A stretch of DNA of 64,000 bases from an uncultured Treponema sp. (GCA_946628495.1 CAMOWQ010000001.1:3964-67963), one strand, 5' to 3'; counted from the first letter of the stretch, positions 18,478 through 29,456 are shown. The notes: generated by a model not told the origin, from the letters alone. Program-made: numbers and translations.

Positions 18478-19039
18478 CCGCTACCCTGTCGCCAACATCA
18501 TAAAAATCCGTATGGAACTCCTGATTTTCTTTTAGAAACTGGATGTACTTACGGATTTTTTTTACGAGTTTTTTTGTGCTGTAATTGTGAGTAAGAGTTA
18601 AATCTTCTACCATGCCGTGAAATGAAAGATTATCACTTATTATAGCGCCGCCCGGAGCAAGATTTGATTTGAATTTTTCAAAAAAATGAATGTACTGGGC
18701 TTTCGGACCGTCTATAAAAATCATGTCGAATTTTTCGTCAAATTCAAGCGTTGCGGCATCGGCAAGATAAACGGTAATTCTATCAGAAAGATTGTTGTCG
18801 GTTATATTCCGCAATGCCTGATTATAACGGTCAATATCAATTTCTACGGTAGAAACAAAAATATCATCGGCAAGCTTTGCAAAACGAATTGAAGAATAAC
18901 CAATTGCAGTACCGATTTCCAGAATAGACTTAACGTTATGTTCAGTGATATAGCGGCAGATAAATTCCATTCCATCATCTTTCATAATTGGAACGGAATT
19001 CTGCCTTGCATATTGTTTAATATCATTAATCTGCTGCAT
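18452..19039 (-). CDS. SAM-dependent O-methyltransferase (TrmR/YrrM-like)
   Basis: VPIM, ILEIGTAIGYS, FDMIFIDGPKAQY, IISDN. Confidence 0.88.
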   Translation of the reverse strand: MQQINDIKQYARQNSVPIMKDDGMEFICRYITEHNVKSILEIGTAIGYSSIRFAKLADDIFVSTVEIDIDRYNQALRNITDNNLSDRITVYLADAATLEFDEKFDMIFIDGPKAQYIHFFEKFKSNLAPGGAIISDNLSFHGMVEDLTLTHNYSTKKLVKKIRKYIQFLKENQEFHTDFYDVGDRVAVSTKIIQQ

Positions 19040-19066
19040 AAGTCAGTCTATTCTAATGATATTTTT

Positions 19067-20374
19067 CTATTTTGAGTATCCCATTGCAACAATAGTAAAG
19101 CCTTTTGCTGTTTCTCCGTCTGCCATTTTGATTTCAACTGTATGTTCAGATGCAGTTTCTTCATCAATAAGCTGACTGATTACACAATTGTTCCAGCCGC
19201 CGGCTTTTCCACCATCGCAGGACATTTTTAGTTGACCGTCAACAAAAATCTGAGCCTTGCCGAATTTTTCAGAAAGCCAGCTGCCCTGTTCCTTATAAAC
19301 AAAAAGAAGTTCCTTACAATTAATTTTCATAACAAACGGTTCATTTCCGTCTTCTGCACCGTGATGCCAGTTGAAAGGAAAATCTGATTTGCCTGTTTTT
19401 TTAATAGACTGACAGTTAGCATCAACAGAACCAAAACCGCCTTTTGTAATTTTAACCTTTTCATCATCACCAAGAATGCGTGTAAAATTAGTTAAAGGCT
19501 TATTTTTGTAAGTTTCAGCAGGAATTTCGTAAGCATCGTTAAGCTGTGCAGCATCTGCTTTTTCAAAAAGATACATAAGGCATTCTGCCATAATTGTATG
19601 TCCTTCTTTTTTAGGATGCACATAATCATCAAAGAATTTATTTTCATCAACTTTTACGCCGCTTGATTCAATTGCATCCTGAATACTTACCTGCGGAATT
19701 CTGTAAAAACTTGCTACAGGAATCATAGCCCACTGAACATTTTTATAAGTTTTAGCATCAGAATAAAGTGCTATTACACAAGTTTCAGGGTTTGCTTCAA
19801 GAGCATTTCGTATTAAAGCTTCGAATGCCCTTGTCCCAGTACATTCACCACCATCATTTACAGAAAATTCAATAATAAGGATATCAGGATTCTGACCAAG
19901 AACATCCACAACATCACTCTGATAGCGTAAAAGACCAAGTGGAGATGGAGTTCCGCTCAAACCTGCAACATCTGTATAAAAATTCTTTCCGCCATCCGGT
20001 GTATATTTTTCTCTTAAAAGTTTTCCAAACTGATATGCATAACCGTCTTTAAAATTTGCAGCGCCTGCACCTTCCGTAACCGAACCGCCCAAAGCAGCAT
20101 AAGTAACTTTTTCGCCGTTACGCATTTTTTCAATTACTTTTTTTAACCTGTAATTATTTCCAGGACTGTAAATTGATTTTTCAAGAATTTTTTGATAATC
20201 AGCATCTGAAATTCCAAGCGGATGATTAGATTCAGTTTGAGTTGAAGCAGCTCCTCCGTTTTCAGTTTTTGATGCATCAGATTTTTCGTCTCCAGGAATA
20301 GTCTGACAAGATGCCGCAAGCAGAACAGCAAGACCCGTACATGCAGCAGCAATAATTTTGTTTAATTTTTTCAT
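19067..20374 (-). CDS. SGNH/GDSL hydrolase lipoprotein (probable carbohydrate esterase)
   Basis: Lipobox LAASC; GGSVTEG, AGLSGT, EFSVND, DYVHP. Confidence 0.85.
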   Translation of the reverse strand: MKKLNKIIAAACTGLAVLLAASCQTIPGDEKSDASKTENGGAASTQTESNHPLGISDADYQKILEKSIYSPGNNYRLKKVIEKMRNGEKVTYAALGGSVTEGAGAANFKDGYAYQFGKLLREKYTPDGGKNFYTDVAGLSGTPSPLGLLRYQSDVVDVLGQNPDILIIEFSVNDGGECTGTRAFEALIRNALEANPETCVIALYSDAKTYKNVQWAMIPVASFYRIPQVSIQDAIESSGVKVDENKFFDDYVHPKKEGHTIMAECLMYLFEKADAAQLNDAYEIPAETYKNKPLTNFTRILGDDEKVKITKGGFGSVDANCQSIKKTGKSDFPFNWHHGAEDGNEPFVMKINCKELLFVYKEQGSWLSEKFGKAQIFVDGQLKMSCDGGKAGGWNNCVISQLIDEETASEHTVEIKMADGETAKGFTIVAMGYSK

Positions 20375-20396
20375 TTTCTTTTACCTCTTAATTTTT

Positions 20397-21620
20397 TTAT
20401 TTTACATAACCCATTGCAAGAATTGTAAAGCCTTTATCAGCATCTCCGTCTGCCATTTTTACTTCTACAGTGTGTAAAGATGATTTTTCCTCGTTGATAA
20501 GGATTTCGTTTACACAATTGTTCCATGCACCGGCAGAATTTTCTCCCCCGTTGAATGTTTTGAACAATTTTCCGTCGATATAAACCTCGGCACTGCCAAA
20601 TTTCTGCGGAAGCCAGTTTCCATGAACTTTGTAAATAAATAGAAGATAACGGCATTCTACCGAAAATTTCAGGCTTTCGTTATTCTGACTGCCCGGAACA
20701 TGATGCCAGTTTGCAGGAAATTCTGTTCCTCCTTTTTTGAGGCTCTGTGTATTTTCATCTGTTCCGTTAAAACTTCCGGCTTCGAGTGATTTTACATCAC
20801 AATTGCGTAATACAGGCACAATTGAAGAAATATCCGTAGAGCATAAAGGCTTTGCAGGAATTGATGTATTTTCTTCGCAACGTTCACGTCCTGCTGCAAT
20901 CTGCATAAGTTTTACAAGACAGTCTGCCATAAAAGTATGCCCGCATGTATGAGGATGAACATAATCCCAGAAGAACTTGTCTTCCACAATACCAAATTCA
21001 GGATTTTCAACGACATTCTGAATACTGATTCGCGGGATTTTGTAGTATTCGGCAACAGGGTCAATAAGAGGCTGCGAATTTTTATAAGATTTTGCATCGG
21101 CATAAAGGGCAACAACACAAGTTTCTGCGCTTGTACTTAAAACCCGTCGAATCAATCCTTCAAAAGCATACTTATCTGCCTGCTCGCTTCCACTGCCATT
21201 AACGGCAAATTCTACAATAAGCAAATCAGGATTTTTATTATATGGAATGACAATATCTTTTTCGTAACGAAGAATTCCAAGCAATGCAGGAGTGCCACTT
21301 AAGCCTGCACCATTAAAAGTAATTTCTGTTTCAGGATACAATGCACCAAGTTTTTGCACAAACTGACTTGCATATCCTTTTGTATAATCCTTATCTTCTT
21401 CTGCACCGGCGCCTTCTGTAACAGAACCTCCGATTGCCGCAATATAAACAGGCTTTTTTTCCTTAAGTTTCTGCATAAAAGAAGAAAGCCTTTTATCATT
21501 ACAGCCGGAATCGATTATGGATTTTTCAACGGCAGACCAGTAATTTTGTTCAGTACATCCCAGTTTCTGCCAGACCGGGAGCTCATTCATGTTTTCACTC
21601 ATGAATACAGATTTTAACAC
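20397..21620 (-). CDS. SGNH/GDSL hydrolase, paralog without signal peptide
   Basis: GGSVTEG, AGLSGT, EFAVN, DYVHP. C-terminus KGFTILAMGY closely matches the neighbouring gene. Confidence 0.85.
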   Translation of the reverse strand: MLKSVFMSENMNELPVWQKLGCTEQNYWSAVEKSIIDSGCNDKRLSSFMQKLKEKKPVYIAAIGGSVTEGAGAEEDKDYTKGYASQFVQKLGALYPETEITFNGAGLSGTPALLGILRYEKDIVIPYNKNPDLLIVEFAVNGSGSEQADKYAFEGLIRRVLSTSAETCVVALYADAKSYKNSQPLIDPVAEYYKIPRISIQNVVENPEFGIVEDKFFWDYVHPHTCGHTFMADCLVKLMQIAAGRERCEENTSIPAKPLCSTDISSIVPVLRNCDVKSLEAGSFNGTDENTQSLKKGGTEFPANWHHVPGSQNNESLKFSVECRYLLFIYKVHGNWLPQKFGSAEVYIDGKLFKTFNGGENSAGAWNNCVNEILINEEKSSLHTVEVKMADGDADKGFTILAMGYVK

Positions 21621-21671
21621 GTTTATTAAGATTCATTCATCAGTTAAAATCTGTATCAAAGCGACAAAAGA

Positions 21672-24600
21672 TTAAAATTCCAATTCGACACCAAAGCCTG
21701 GAACCAAAATACTGTCATCATTAAATGAACAGACAGGCAATTCCAGATACAAGTTATTTCGATTAGAAGATGATGCCGCACCACCAATATTAGGTGTCCA
21801 TCCAAACGTTATTTTTACGTAAACATTTCCAGAATATACAGAAGAACCGTTCATGACATCCTGAATATACTTTCCTGTCGAAAGAATTTTCCAGCAAGTT
21901 GTTGCATAATCATCACCTGCCGTATAACCTGCATGGCAGCCTACAGACAGCCTCAAATTGTTACAATACATAATATTGAAAAAAGAAATTGCATGCTGTA
22001 TTTCCATTTCAAAAACAGACATCTCTATTTCAGTTCTAAGCCATTTTCTTTTTGGAGTATCCTGCGCAAAAAGAATTCTGTAATCTGTAGATTCTATTTT
22101 ATCATCATGAAGCCTAATTGAAGTATTTGCATCGTAATCATTTTCAAAAAGGCTTACACCAAAACGAACAGGCAGGTTATAAACCATATCTTTTGTACAA
22201 CTAATAGGCAAAAGTCTAGGAATATATCCTACAGCATAAAAAACTACATCAATTGCATTAGCATAAACGTTATGAGGTTCTTCAAATTGAGTAACAAATG
22301 ATTCAGAAAAACCTGTTCCTATCTTAAATCCCTGATAACTGTATCTTGCCGGATTTGCCTGCGTGATATTTGAATATTCAATTAATGCTTTATTAAAAGT
22401 TCCAAAAAGATTCAAATTCAAAGTTTCATCCTGCTTTGCAAGTGTTGGTATGAACATATCTACAAAAGCAAATTTTGGATTATCTCTTCCGGCATGATTT
22501 CTTGTATAAACAGAAGCAGTTAATCGCGAAACATTTCCAAACGGTATTGAAGAAGAAATTCCACCTTTTAATTCAGTCTGTTTCCATATTTTAGAATCAA
22601 ATTCAGTAAATCCAGAAAGTGAATATGCAAAAAGCGACGTTGAAGTTCCTCCTGAATATTCAACGCTAAGTCCGCCAGCATTTGTATCCAGACAATAACC
22701 GGCACTAACTGTCAGAAGATTTGAATCCCAAGGATTTGAAACAATATATGTAGCTCCAAGCGAAAGTCCATAGTTTACGTGTTCAGGAAGAAGCGAAGAT
22801 GACTGGGCAATTCCACCAGGAAGAATAATTCTGTTATAAAGGAAAGAGGTCGGTTTATAAGGAACTGCATCTTTTAAGAGTTCTTCATAATCTAAAGGAA
22901 GTGAAGTATCTGGTAAAGAAGGTTCAAATTCTACATCAGATGCTAAAACTCCTTTTGTAAATGCAAACGGCTTTATAACATTGTTTTCTGTACCGGCAAG
23001 TGCAATTACAGAACTGTTTTCCAAAACTTCATCAGCTTCATTTTGAATATCGATTTGAACATTACTTTGCTCATCGTTTTCGAATATATTTACAGTTGGA
23101 ATTTCAGAAAGCGTATCTTTTACAGAACGCACAAAAATTCTGTTTTCGGTATAAAAATCTGCCGCATAAATAAGTTCATCGCCGTTCATAACAGGAAAGA
23201 ATACTCCACCTGAAATATCAGTATTGTCAAAATAAAAATGCCCGTCTTTAAAACAACCATACCTTGGAAGCGTATTTCTGCCCGTCCAGGAAAAATTAAA
23301 CGATCCGTCCTTATTGCTGCTTAAATTGCGCATTGCAATACTAAGCCCCGGAAATTCAGAATTAACGCAATTTCTGGAAATTTCCCTGCCATTCATATCA
23401 TAAAATACAAGGCTGTTTTCCAGATTATAAGTTTCTATAAACGCAAACCCCTTATCCTCAGACTGAACAAAACTTGCAGGATATGTGCCAAACGGCAATT
23501 CAACCGAAAAAACATCATGAACATTTTTTATGCGGTTGCCTTCTATCTCGATTTTTTTTGCACAAACTGAATAAATTCTGTCTTTATAAGTTTTTCCAAC
23601 AACATAATAATCATCGCCAGATTTTATAACAGAAGGTTCAAACAAACCTGTATCAGGTAAATTGTAAAAAGATTTTGTCTTAACATTAAACAATGCAGTC
23701 TTTATTTTTATATTTGAATCTGCTGATGAATAATAAGAAACAGCTATAAAACGTCCGTCTTTACTAACACGCACTGTATCTATGCCGCGGCGCTGAAAAA
23801 GCAGCTTAGGTTTTATGCTGAAATGACGGGCGGTTGAAGAGGCACGGGCTTCAAGTTTATTTGCAGAAACCAGATAAACTTTATTTGTACTTTCATCAAG
23901 ATATACAAGGCCTTCATCGCTCATACCAAGGCAGGAATACAAAGCACCTTTATTGTTTAAGCCTGAATAGGAATTTGCATCTGGAACAAAAAAATCTTCT
24001 GCAATTTTATAACGTACAGGATTTTCCGGAACCTCTGGAATTTTATAATCATTCATGAACAGATCCCATACAGTATTAACTTTTTGCCCATACGCCTTTT
24101 TAAATGCTCCGCCAACTGTAAGAGAACGCATGTTTACACATCTATACCAGAACTGTGCATACCTTTCGATTCCATACTGTTCTACAAGCCAGCCGGCAAA
24201 TGCACCGTTAAAATTATAAAAACTTCCATAAGGATAAACATCCCTACTGCCATACATATCCTGAAAACTTGGAAAATTACCTTCTATTTTGGCCTGTTTT
24301 ACCATGTGCTTTGAATATTCGCTGTTAAGACGACCTTCTCCGTACATACTTTCGCTCATAAGAGTTGCACCTTCTGCAATACCGCTGTTTACAACAAACA
24401 AAGAAGGATTGATAATATCACCGAAAATATCTTTTACAAGTCTCCAGAATTTGCCATGCATATTGAATGTATATGCATGTGTAAGTTCATGCCGAAAAGT
24501 CGAAAGAAGCGTATCGCTGTTTGTATTCATGTCATCAGGAATTGACGTATCGTAAAGAACAATATGATTACCAGTATATTTTGACCAGTATGCATTAAAA

Positions 24601-24857
24601 CTTTCAACAGATTTTGTAATTACAACAGGCATTCTGTCTGAGGCATCATATTGAAAAGTATTCAGCAAATCTTCATAAATTGCATCGCCGTATGTATAGA
24701 TTGTAGCGGCTGCCTTTTCTGAACCTTCGGCATATATAATATCAAAGTAATTCGTACTGAGAACCTTGATATCCTTTTCGCCTGACATCATGCCTTCATA
24801 AGAAAATGCAGGAATTAAAAGCAATAAATAGACAAAAATAGAATAATTTTTTTTCAT
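21672..24857 (-). CDS. Large exported protein with zinc-metallopeptidase motif; probable outer-membrane protein
   Basis: Signal peptide; FNAY, HELTH (HExxH) plus downstream EG; beta-rich middle; C-terminal FGVELEF beta-signal-like end. Confidence 0.6.
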   Translation of the reverse strand: MKKNYSIFVYLLLLIPAFSYEGMMSGEKDIKVLSTNYFDIIYAEGSEKAAATIYTYGDAIYEDLLNTFQYDASDRMPVVITKSVESFNAYWSKYTGNHIVLYDTSIPDDMNTNSDTLLSTFRHELTHAYTFNMHGKFWRLVKDIFGDIINPSLFVVNSGIAEGATLMSESMYGEGRLNSEYSKHMVKQAKIEGNFPSFQDMYGSRDVYPYGSFYNFNGAFAGWLVEQYGIERYAQFWYRCVNMRSLTVGGAFKKAYGQKVNTVWDLFMNDYKIPEVPENPVRYKIAEDFFVPDANSYSGLNNKGALYSCLGMSDEGLVYLDESTNKVYLVSANKLEARASSTARHFSIKPKLLFQRRGIDTVRVSKDGRFIAVSYYSSADSNIKIKTALFNVKTKSFYNLPDTGLFEPSVIKSGDDYYVVGKTYKDRIYSVCAKKIEIEGNRIKNVHDVFSVELPFGTYPASFVQSEDKGFAFIETYNLENSLVFYDMNGREISRNCVNSEFPGLSIAMRNLSSNKDGSFNFSWTGRNTLPRYGCFKDGHFYFDNTDISGGVFFPVMNGDELIYAADFYTENRIFVRSVKDTLSEIPTVNIFENDEQSNVQIDIQNEADEVLENSSVIALAGTENNVIKPFAFTKGVLASDVEFEPSLPDTSLPLDYEELLKDAVPYKPTSFLYNRIILPGGIAQSSSLLPEHVNYGLSLGATYIVSNPWDSNLLTVSAGYCLDTNAGGLSVEYSGGTSTSLFAYSLSGFTEFDSKIWKQTELKGGISSSIPFGNVSRLTASVYTRNHAGRDNPKFAFVDMFIPTLAKQDETLNLNLFGTFNKALIEYSNITQANPARYSYQGFKIGTGFSESFVTQFEEPHNVYANAIDVVFYAVGYIPRLLPISCTKDMVYNLPVRFGVSLFENDYDANTSIRLHDDKIESTDYRILFAQDTPKRKWLRTEIEMSVFEMEIQHAISFFNIMYCNNLRLSVGCHAGYTAGDDYATTCWKILSTGKYIQDVMNGSSVYSGNVYVKITFGWTPNIGGAASSSNRNNLYLELPVCSFNDDSILVPGFGVELEF

Positions 24858-24928
24858 TATCCCTCTCCTTTTTTTATATAAATTATATTTCATTTTATTT
24901 TTTTTATAAAGTATAGTATAATCTGCAC

Positions 24929-25684
24929 ATGACTAAAAAGACACTTTCAGAACGTTGCCTATTTATTTTTGCCTTTCTTGTCCTTCTTACAGCTTCCATT
25001 ATAAGCTATTATTCAGAACCTTCAGAATATACAATTCTTCCCTATCCAAGCATAACGGTTCCAATTCTAAACACTTCATGTGCCCTTTTATGTTTTATAC
25101 TCATTTTTATACCTGAAAATTTTATCTGCGAAATTTTAATTCTTACGATACAAAGCATTAACACAACTCTTACTGGTTACGAAACTTTGGGAACCTTTCT
25201 TTTTACAATGATTTTAGTAATCTGCTTTATAAACGGTTTTTTTAAAACCCACCTAAAAAGAAAAGTTGGTATATTACTTTCTTTGTGGTTAATCGTAATT
25301 CTTGGTGTAATTCCCTACGGTTGGAACAGATTTTTTCTTGAAATTGCAATTACAAGTTTTTTTCTTGGCTTTTATGTTTATGTATATTACAAACTAAAGC
25401 ATCTTCTTGAATCTTTTGTTCCAGTAAAAGTTTTGCCAAACCGTATATTAAAACTGCCGCAACCTGGTTCACAATTAAAACTTTCTTCTCTTGGATTAAG
25501 CGAGCGCCAGATAAAACTTGTCGAAGATTATCTTCAGACAGGAGATTCGTATTCAAAACTTGCAGAAAAACATTACATCAGTACATCAACGGTAAAAAAA
25601 GACATGACGGATGTTTTTTCAATACTTGGTGTAAAAAATTTAAAGGAAATGCACATTCTTCTTTTACAGTACGACATAAAATAA
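24929..25684 (+). CDS. Membrane-anchored LuxR-type HTH regulator
   Basis: About six TM helices, then LSERQ...SYSKLAEKHYISTSTVKKDMTDVFSILGV. Confidence 0.75.
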   Translation: MTKKTLSERCLFIFAFLVLLTASIISYYSEPSEYTILPYPSITVPILNTSCALLCFILIFIPENFICEILILTIQSINTTLTGYETLGTFLFTMILVICFINGFFKTHLKRKVGILLSLWLIVILGVIPYGWNRFFLEIAITSFFLGFYVYVYYKLKHLLESFVPVKVLPNRILKLPQPGSQLKLSSLGLSERQIKLVEDYLQTGDSYSKLAEKHYISTSTVKKDMTDVFSILGVKNLKEMHILLLQYDIK

Positions 25685-25745
25685 TTCTGAATAAAAATGA
25701 ATTTCTGAATTCCTGCATTCATCATAAAAAATGAATACAGAAATT

Positions 25746-27224
25746 CTAACGTTTATAGGAATTTCTAAGTCCCAGCTGATTGCGATATTTTGTAACGGTG
25801 CGGCGTGCAATTTTTATGCCGCGTTCATTTAATAAAATGCTGAGCTTATTATCTGAAATTTTCAATCCATCTTCAAAACCAAATTCAACAGGATTTTCAA
25901 GAATATAATTAATTTCGGTTTTTATACGTTCCGAGGAAATTTCACCTTCTTTTTCGGAATCAGACTTTACTCCGGACGTAAAAAAATAACTTACAGGATA
26001 TAATCCCCATTCCGTATCAAGAAATTTGCTGTTTTTTTTGTTTGCCATGCGCGAAACTGTCGACGGATGAATTCCAAGTGTCTGTGCAATATGATTTCGT
26101 GTCAGCGGTTTAAGATTTCCGGGGCCTTTTATAAAAAAATCTTTCTGAGCCTTTACTATTGCACATCCCTGAAGCACAACTGTACTCTCGCGGAATTCAA
26201 GATTTTTTACAAACATTCTTGCCTGTTCAACGGAAGTTTTATCAAAAAAATCTTCGGAAATACGAATTTCAGGCAAACTGCCAGACGCATATCTTAACTG
26301 AAAATACGACTTTTCATCGCAGGCAACAATACCACGCGAAAAATCATCGCTTACACCACGACCGGCTTTTTTTTCTACAGAAAGCACAATATCGGGCTTT
26401 TCAAATTCCGAGGTAACATCACTTACATAATCCTGTGCAGGCCTTGGATTAAGATGCAGTATATAATCAAGAGATTCCGCGGCAGCTTCTTCTGTAAGCG
26501 TAATTGAATCAATTGAAAGTGCCGTTGCAAATGCCTTTTTATGCCATTCTTTTTTATATGCACTTACTTTTTTTAGTATTGATGAAGGTTCAGGCGGATT
26601 TAAAAGTTCCAGACGGCCGTCTAAAATAAAAAGCGTTAAAACCGAAGCATTACCTTCTATCTTTGCCTGAACATACAGGCTTTCTTCTGGATTTTTGCAG
26701 CAAACTCCGACAGGATCCATTCTTTGAATTCGTTCTATACAACGTGCAAGCATTTTTTTTGTCTGAGCAGGACGCGTAACATCAAGCAGAGTTTCTGGAT
26801 TCAGCATTGAACCGTAACAGCCGTTTTTATCAAGATTGTAAATAAGTTTTTGAGAAAGCTCGTATTCATCGCCCGAAACATTCATTGAATTAAGCTGATG
26901 CATAAGATGCTGCTGCAATGTTTCCCTGCGTTCTTCGGTGTTTTCGAGAATGTTCTGGAATGCATCAGCCTTTTCACTTCCTCCATAAGAAGAAGTTGAA
27001 TATGATTCTTTATCGAGTTTTCTGCTTCCCCTTGTTTCCGAAACAGAAATTGCATCAGATACAATTTCCAGGGCAGGATTTTCTGCGGCAAATTTATAAA
27101 TTTCATCGCGCAAATCCTGAGTTCCCATTGCAAGAAAATTCACTGCCTGAATCTGCTGCATGGACATTTTCTGCTTCTGCTGCTGCTTTTGATTTTGAGA
27201 CTGTCCCTGTTTTTGTGAATACAC
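25746..27224 (-). CDS. rpoN: RNA polymerase sigma-54 factor
   Basis: Gln-rich region I, HPSTVSR HTH, SDNKL, RpoN box ARRTVTKYR. Confidence 0.93.
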   Translation of the reverse strand: MYSQKQGQSQNQKQQQKQKMSMQQIQAVNFLAMGTQDLRDEIYKFAAENPALEIVSDAISVSETRGSRKLDKESYSTSSYGGSEKADAFQNILENTEERRETLQQHLMHQLNSMNVSGDEYELSQKLIYNLDKNGCYGSMLNPETLLDVTRPAQTKKMLARCIERIQRMDPVGVCCKNPEESLYVQAKIEGNASVLTLFILDGRLELLNPPEPSSILKKVSAYKKEWHKKAFATALSIDSITLTEEAAAESLDYILHLNPRPAQDYVSDVTSEFEKPDIVLSVEKKAGRGVSDDFSRGIVACDEKSYFQLRYASGSLPEIRISEDFFDKTSVEQARMFVKNLEFRESTVVLQGCAIVKAQKDFFIKGPGNLKPLTRNHIAQTLGIHPSTVSRMANKKNSKFLDTEWGLYPVSYFFTSGVKSDSEKEGEISSERIKTEINYILENPVEFGFEDGLKISDNKLSILLNERGIKIARRTVTKYRNQLGLRNSYKR

Positions 27225-27262
27225 TGCTTTCCGCCTGAATATAAAGCCTGATTAAGCCTTAC

Positions 27263-27757
27263 CTAAACGTTTATTTCCAGTTTGCGTCCTGTCGGCTGGT
27301 ACTGATAATAACGAACGCCTGCTGCATTCATCAAACGTTTGGAAGCTTCTACCGACGGAGTTCCATCATATTTATTATCTGCATATACAACAGTTTTTAT
27401 GCCCGCCTGAATGATTGCCTTTGCACATTCATTACATGGAAAAAGTGTTACATAAATTTTACTGTCTTCCAGAGAACCGCCGCGATAATTTAAGATTGCA
27501 TTAAGTTCACTGTGAGTTACATAAGCATATTTAGTGTTAAGGGTATCTCCTTCGCGTGCCCACGGAAATTCATCATCTGAACAGCCGCGTGGAAAACCAT
27601 TGTAGCCCATAGAAAGAATTTTATTGTCTTCGCTTACAATACATGCCCCAACCTGCGAATTTGGATCTTTTGAACGGAAACTTGCGAGATGAGCAACGCC
27701 CATAAAATATTCATCCCAGGAAATATAATCCGTACGCTTTTGTATGATTTCAGCCAT
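27263..27757 (-). CDS. dCMP deaminase (ComEB family)
   Basis: RSKDPNSQVGACIV, GYNG, HSELNAI, PCNECAK. Confidence 0.93.
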   Translation of the reverse strand: MAEIIQKRTDYISWDEYFMGVAHLASFRSKDPNSQVGACIVSEDNKILSMGYNGFPRGCSDDEFPWAREGDTLNTKYAYVTHSELNAILNYRGGSLEDSKIYVTLFPCNECAKAIIQAGIKTVVYADNKYDGTPSVEASKRLMNAAGVRYYQYQPTGRKLEINV

Positions 27758-27997
27758 AATTTACTCCAATGTTTACTGCAATAAAATAATATCAAAAACA
27801 CCGTAAACTCGTAAGTGCTATTATCACACATAAAATAAAAATCTACAAATAATTGTTTTTTCTTGATGAAAAATCATTGTAACAGTGGTAATATTTTATA
27901 TATATAATAACATTGGTAAAGTAAAAATTGCTTTTGCAAAATTTCTAACACTTTGCCATACAAAACGGCCGGTATTGGCCAAACAGGAGTAAAAAAA

Positions 27998-28645
27998 ATG
28001 AAAATAAAATCTGTATTCAGTCATGACTTTGAAAAATACGGTAAAATTCTTACCGGTTATGATGTAACAGACCTTCTTAAAAAACTTGACGACACTACAA
28101 AGAAGCCTGAAGATGCTGTTATCTACGAACCAGGCGATGCAGGACTTGAATCACTTCCAATCGCAAAAGAATTAAGCGACAAGGCTTACGGTGGAATGCC
28201 AATTCAGATTGGTTACTGCAATGGTAACAACACAAAACTTAACTGCCTTGAATATCACCGCGGTTCAGAATTGAACATCCCTTCTACAGACATTGTACTT
28301 CTTCTTGCACCGCTCCAGCGTGTAAAAAAAGGCAAGATTCATACAGATTCAGTTGAAGCATTCTATGTTCCAGCTGGAACTATTGTTCAGATTTACGAAA
28401 CAACACTTCACTATGCACCATGTAACGCAGTTAAAAATGGTGATGTAGATAAGAACGGTTTCCGCGTAATCATCGTATTGCCAAAAGACACAAATACAGA
28501 AAAACCTGCTATTGAACCTAAAAACATTGAAGATCAGATGCTTTGGGCACGCAACAAATGGCTCATTGCTCATCCAGATTCAAGCGAAGCAAAAGCTGGT
28601 GCTTTCGTTGGAATTAACGGCGTAAACATCGACCTTGCAAAATAA
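27998..28645 (+). CDS. DUF4867-like cupin-fold protein
   Basis: QIGYCNG, LNCLEYH, YETTLHYAPC, NKWLIAH; RBS AGGAG before ATG 27998. Confidence 0.7.
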   Translation: MKIKSVFSHDFEKYGKILTGYDVTDLLKKLDDTTKKPEDAVIYEPGDAGLESLPIAKELSDKAYGGMPIQIGYCNGNNTKLNCLEYHRGSELNIPSTDIVLLLAPLQRVKKGKIHTDSVEAFYVPAGTIVQIYETTLHYAPCNAVKNGDVDKNGFRVIIVLPKDTNTEKPAIEPKNIEDQMLWARNKWLIAHPDSSEAKAGAFVGINGVNIDLAK

Positions 28646-28657
28646 TTACACTTTATG

Positions 28658-28701
28658 AATGTCGGGCAGTCATTTTTTACATGCAGCCCGACATTTTTTT
28701 T
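28658..28701 (+). terminator. Intrinsic terminator
   Basis: AATGTCGGGC...GCCCGACATT followed by a T-run. Confidence 0.75.
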
Positions 28702-28727
28702 ATTAACGTATAACGGAGAAATACACT

Positions 28728-29456
28728 ATGTCAGCTTTTTTTATTTACAGCATACCAATCATACTTTGCTACGTAATGCAGTTTGTTTTTCTTTATGTTG
28801 AATACAAAAAGAAATTTGTGCTTTCCCTTTTATTTAAAGGCGGAGCGTCTCTCTGTTTTATATGGCTTGGCCTTCTTTCGCTGATTCATCCTTTACAAGC
28901 AACCGGCATTTTACAGAACAATTTTATTCCTTCCGATTCTTCATTCCGCAACCTTATTATTGCGGGGCTTATTGCAGATGCCATAGGGGATGTTGTAATA
29001 AACCTTCGCTATGTTCATAAAAAAAGCAGAATTCTTACATTTCTTTTGGGAACCCTCGCTTTTTACACCGGCCATATACTATATCTTGTGGCATTAATTC
29101 CGTTTTCGCAGAATCTTTCGGTATGCATTGCCTTTGGAACGGTAGCCGCCGTCATCATTTTGTGGACTATTTTTTATTCACTTAGATACATACAACCGCT
29201 TTTCAAACTGTTCGGAGTTATTTATATTACAACAATCACTTATATGGTAAGCGTTTCGCTCGGAAACCTTTTATTAAATCCAACGCTTATTCATACAAAA
29301 CTTTTTGCCATAGGAGCTGTTTTATTTTTAATAAGCGACATACTTTTAATAATGAACACTTTCGGTAAAAAGAAAAATTATATCATAAGAATTTCAAACT
29401 TAATTTTGTATTATACAGGCCAGCTTCTTATTGCCCTGAGTCTTTTATATATCTGA
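28728..29456 (+). CDS. YhhN/lysoplasmalogenase family membrane protein
   Basis: AIGDV, FYTGHILY, GAVLFLISD, YYTGQLLIA. Confidence 0.8.
   Translation: MSAFFIYSIPIILCYVMQFVFLYVEYKKKFVLSLLFKGGASLCFIWLGLLSLIHPLQATGILQNNFIPSDSSFRNLIIAGLIADAIGDVVINLRYVHKKSRILTFLLGTLAFYTGHILYLVALIPFSQNLSVCIAFGTVAAVIILWTIFYSLRYIQPLFKLFGVIYITTITYMVSVSLGNLLLNPTLIHTKLFAIGAVLFLISDILLIMNTFGKKKNYIIRISNLILYYTGQLLIALSLLYI

Noticed and set aside
25697-25746. Imperfect inverted repeats between the LuxR-type gene and rpoN
   Set aside because: Most simply a weak terminator between convergent genes.
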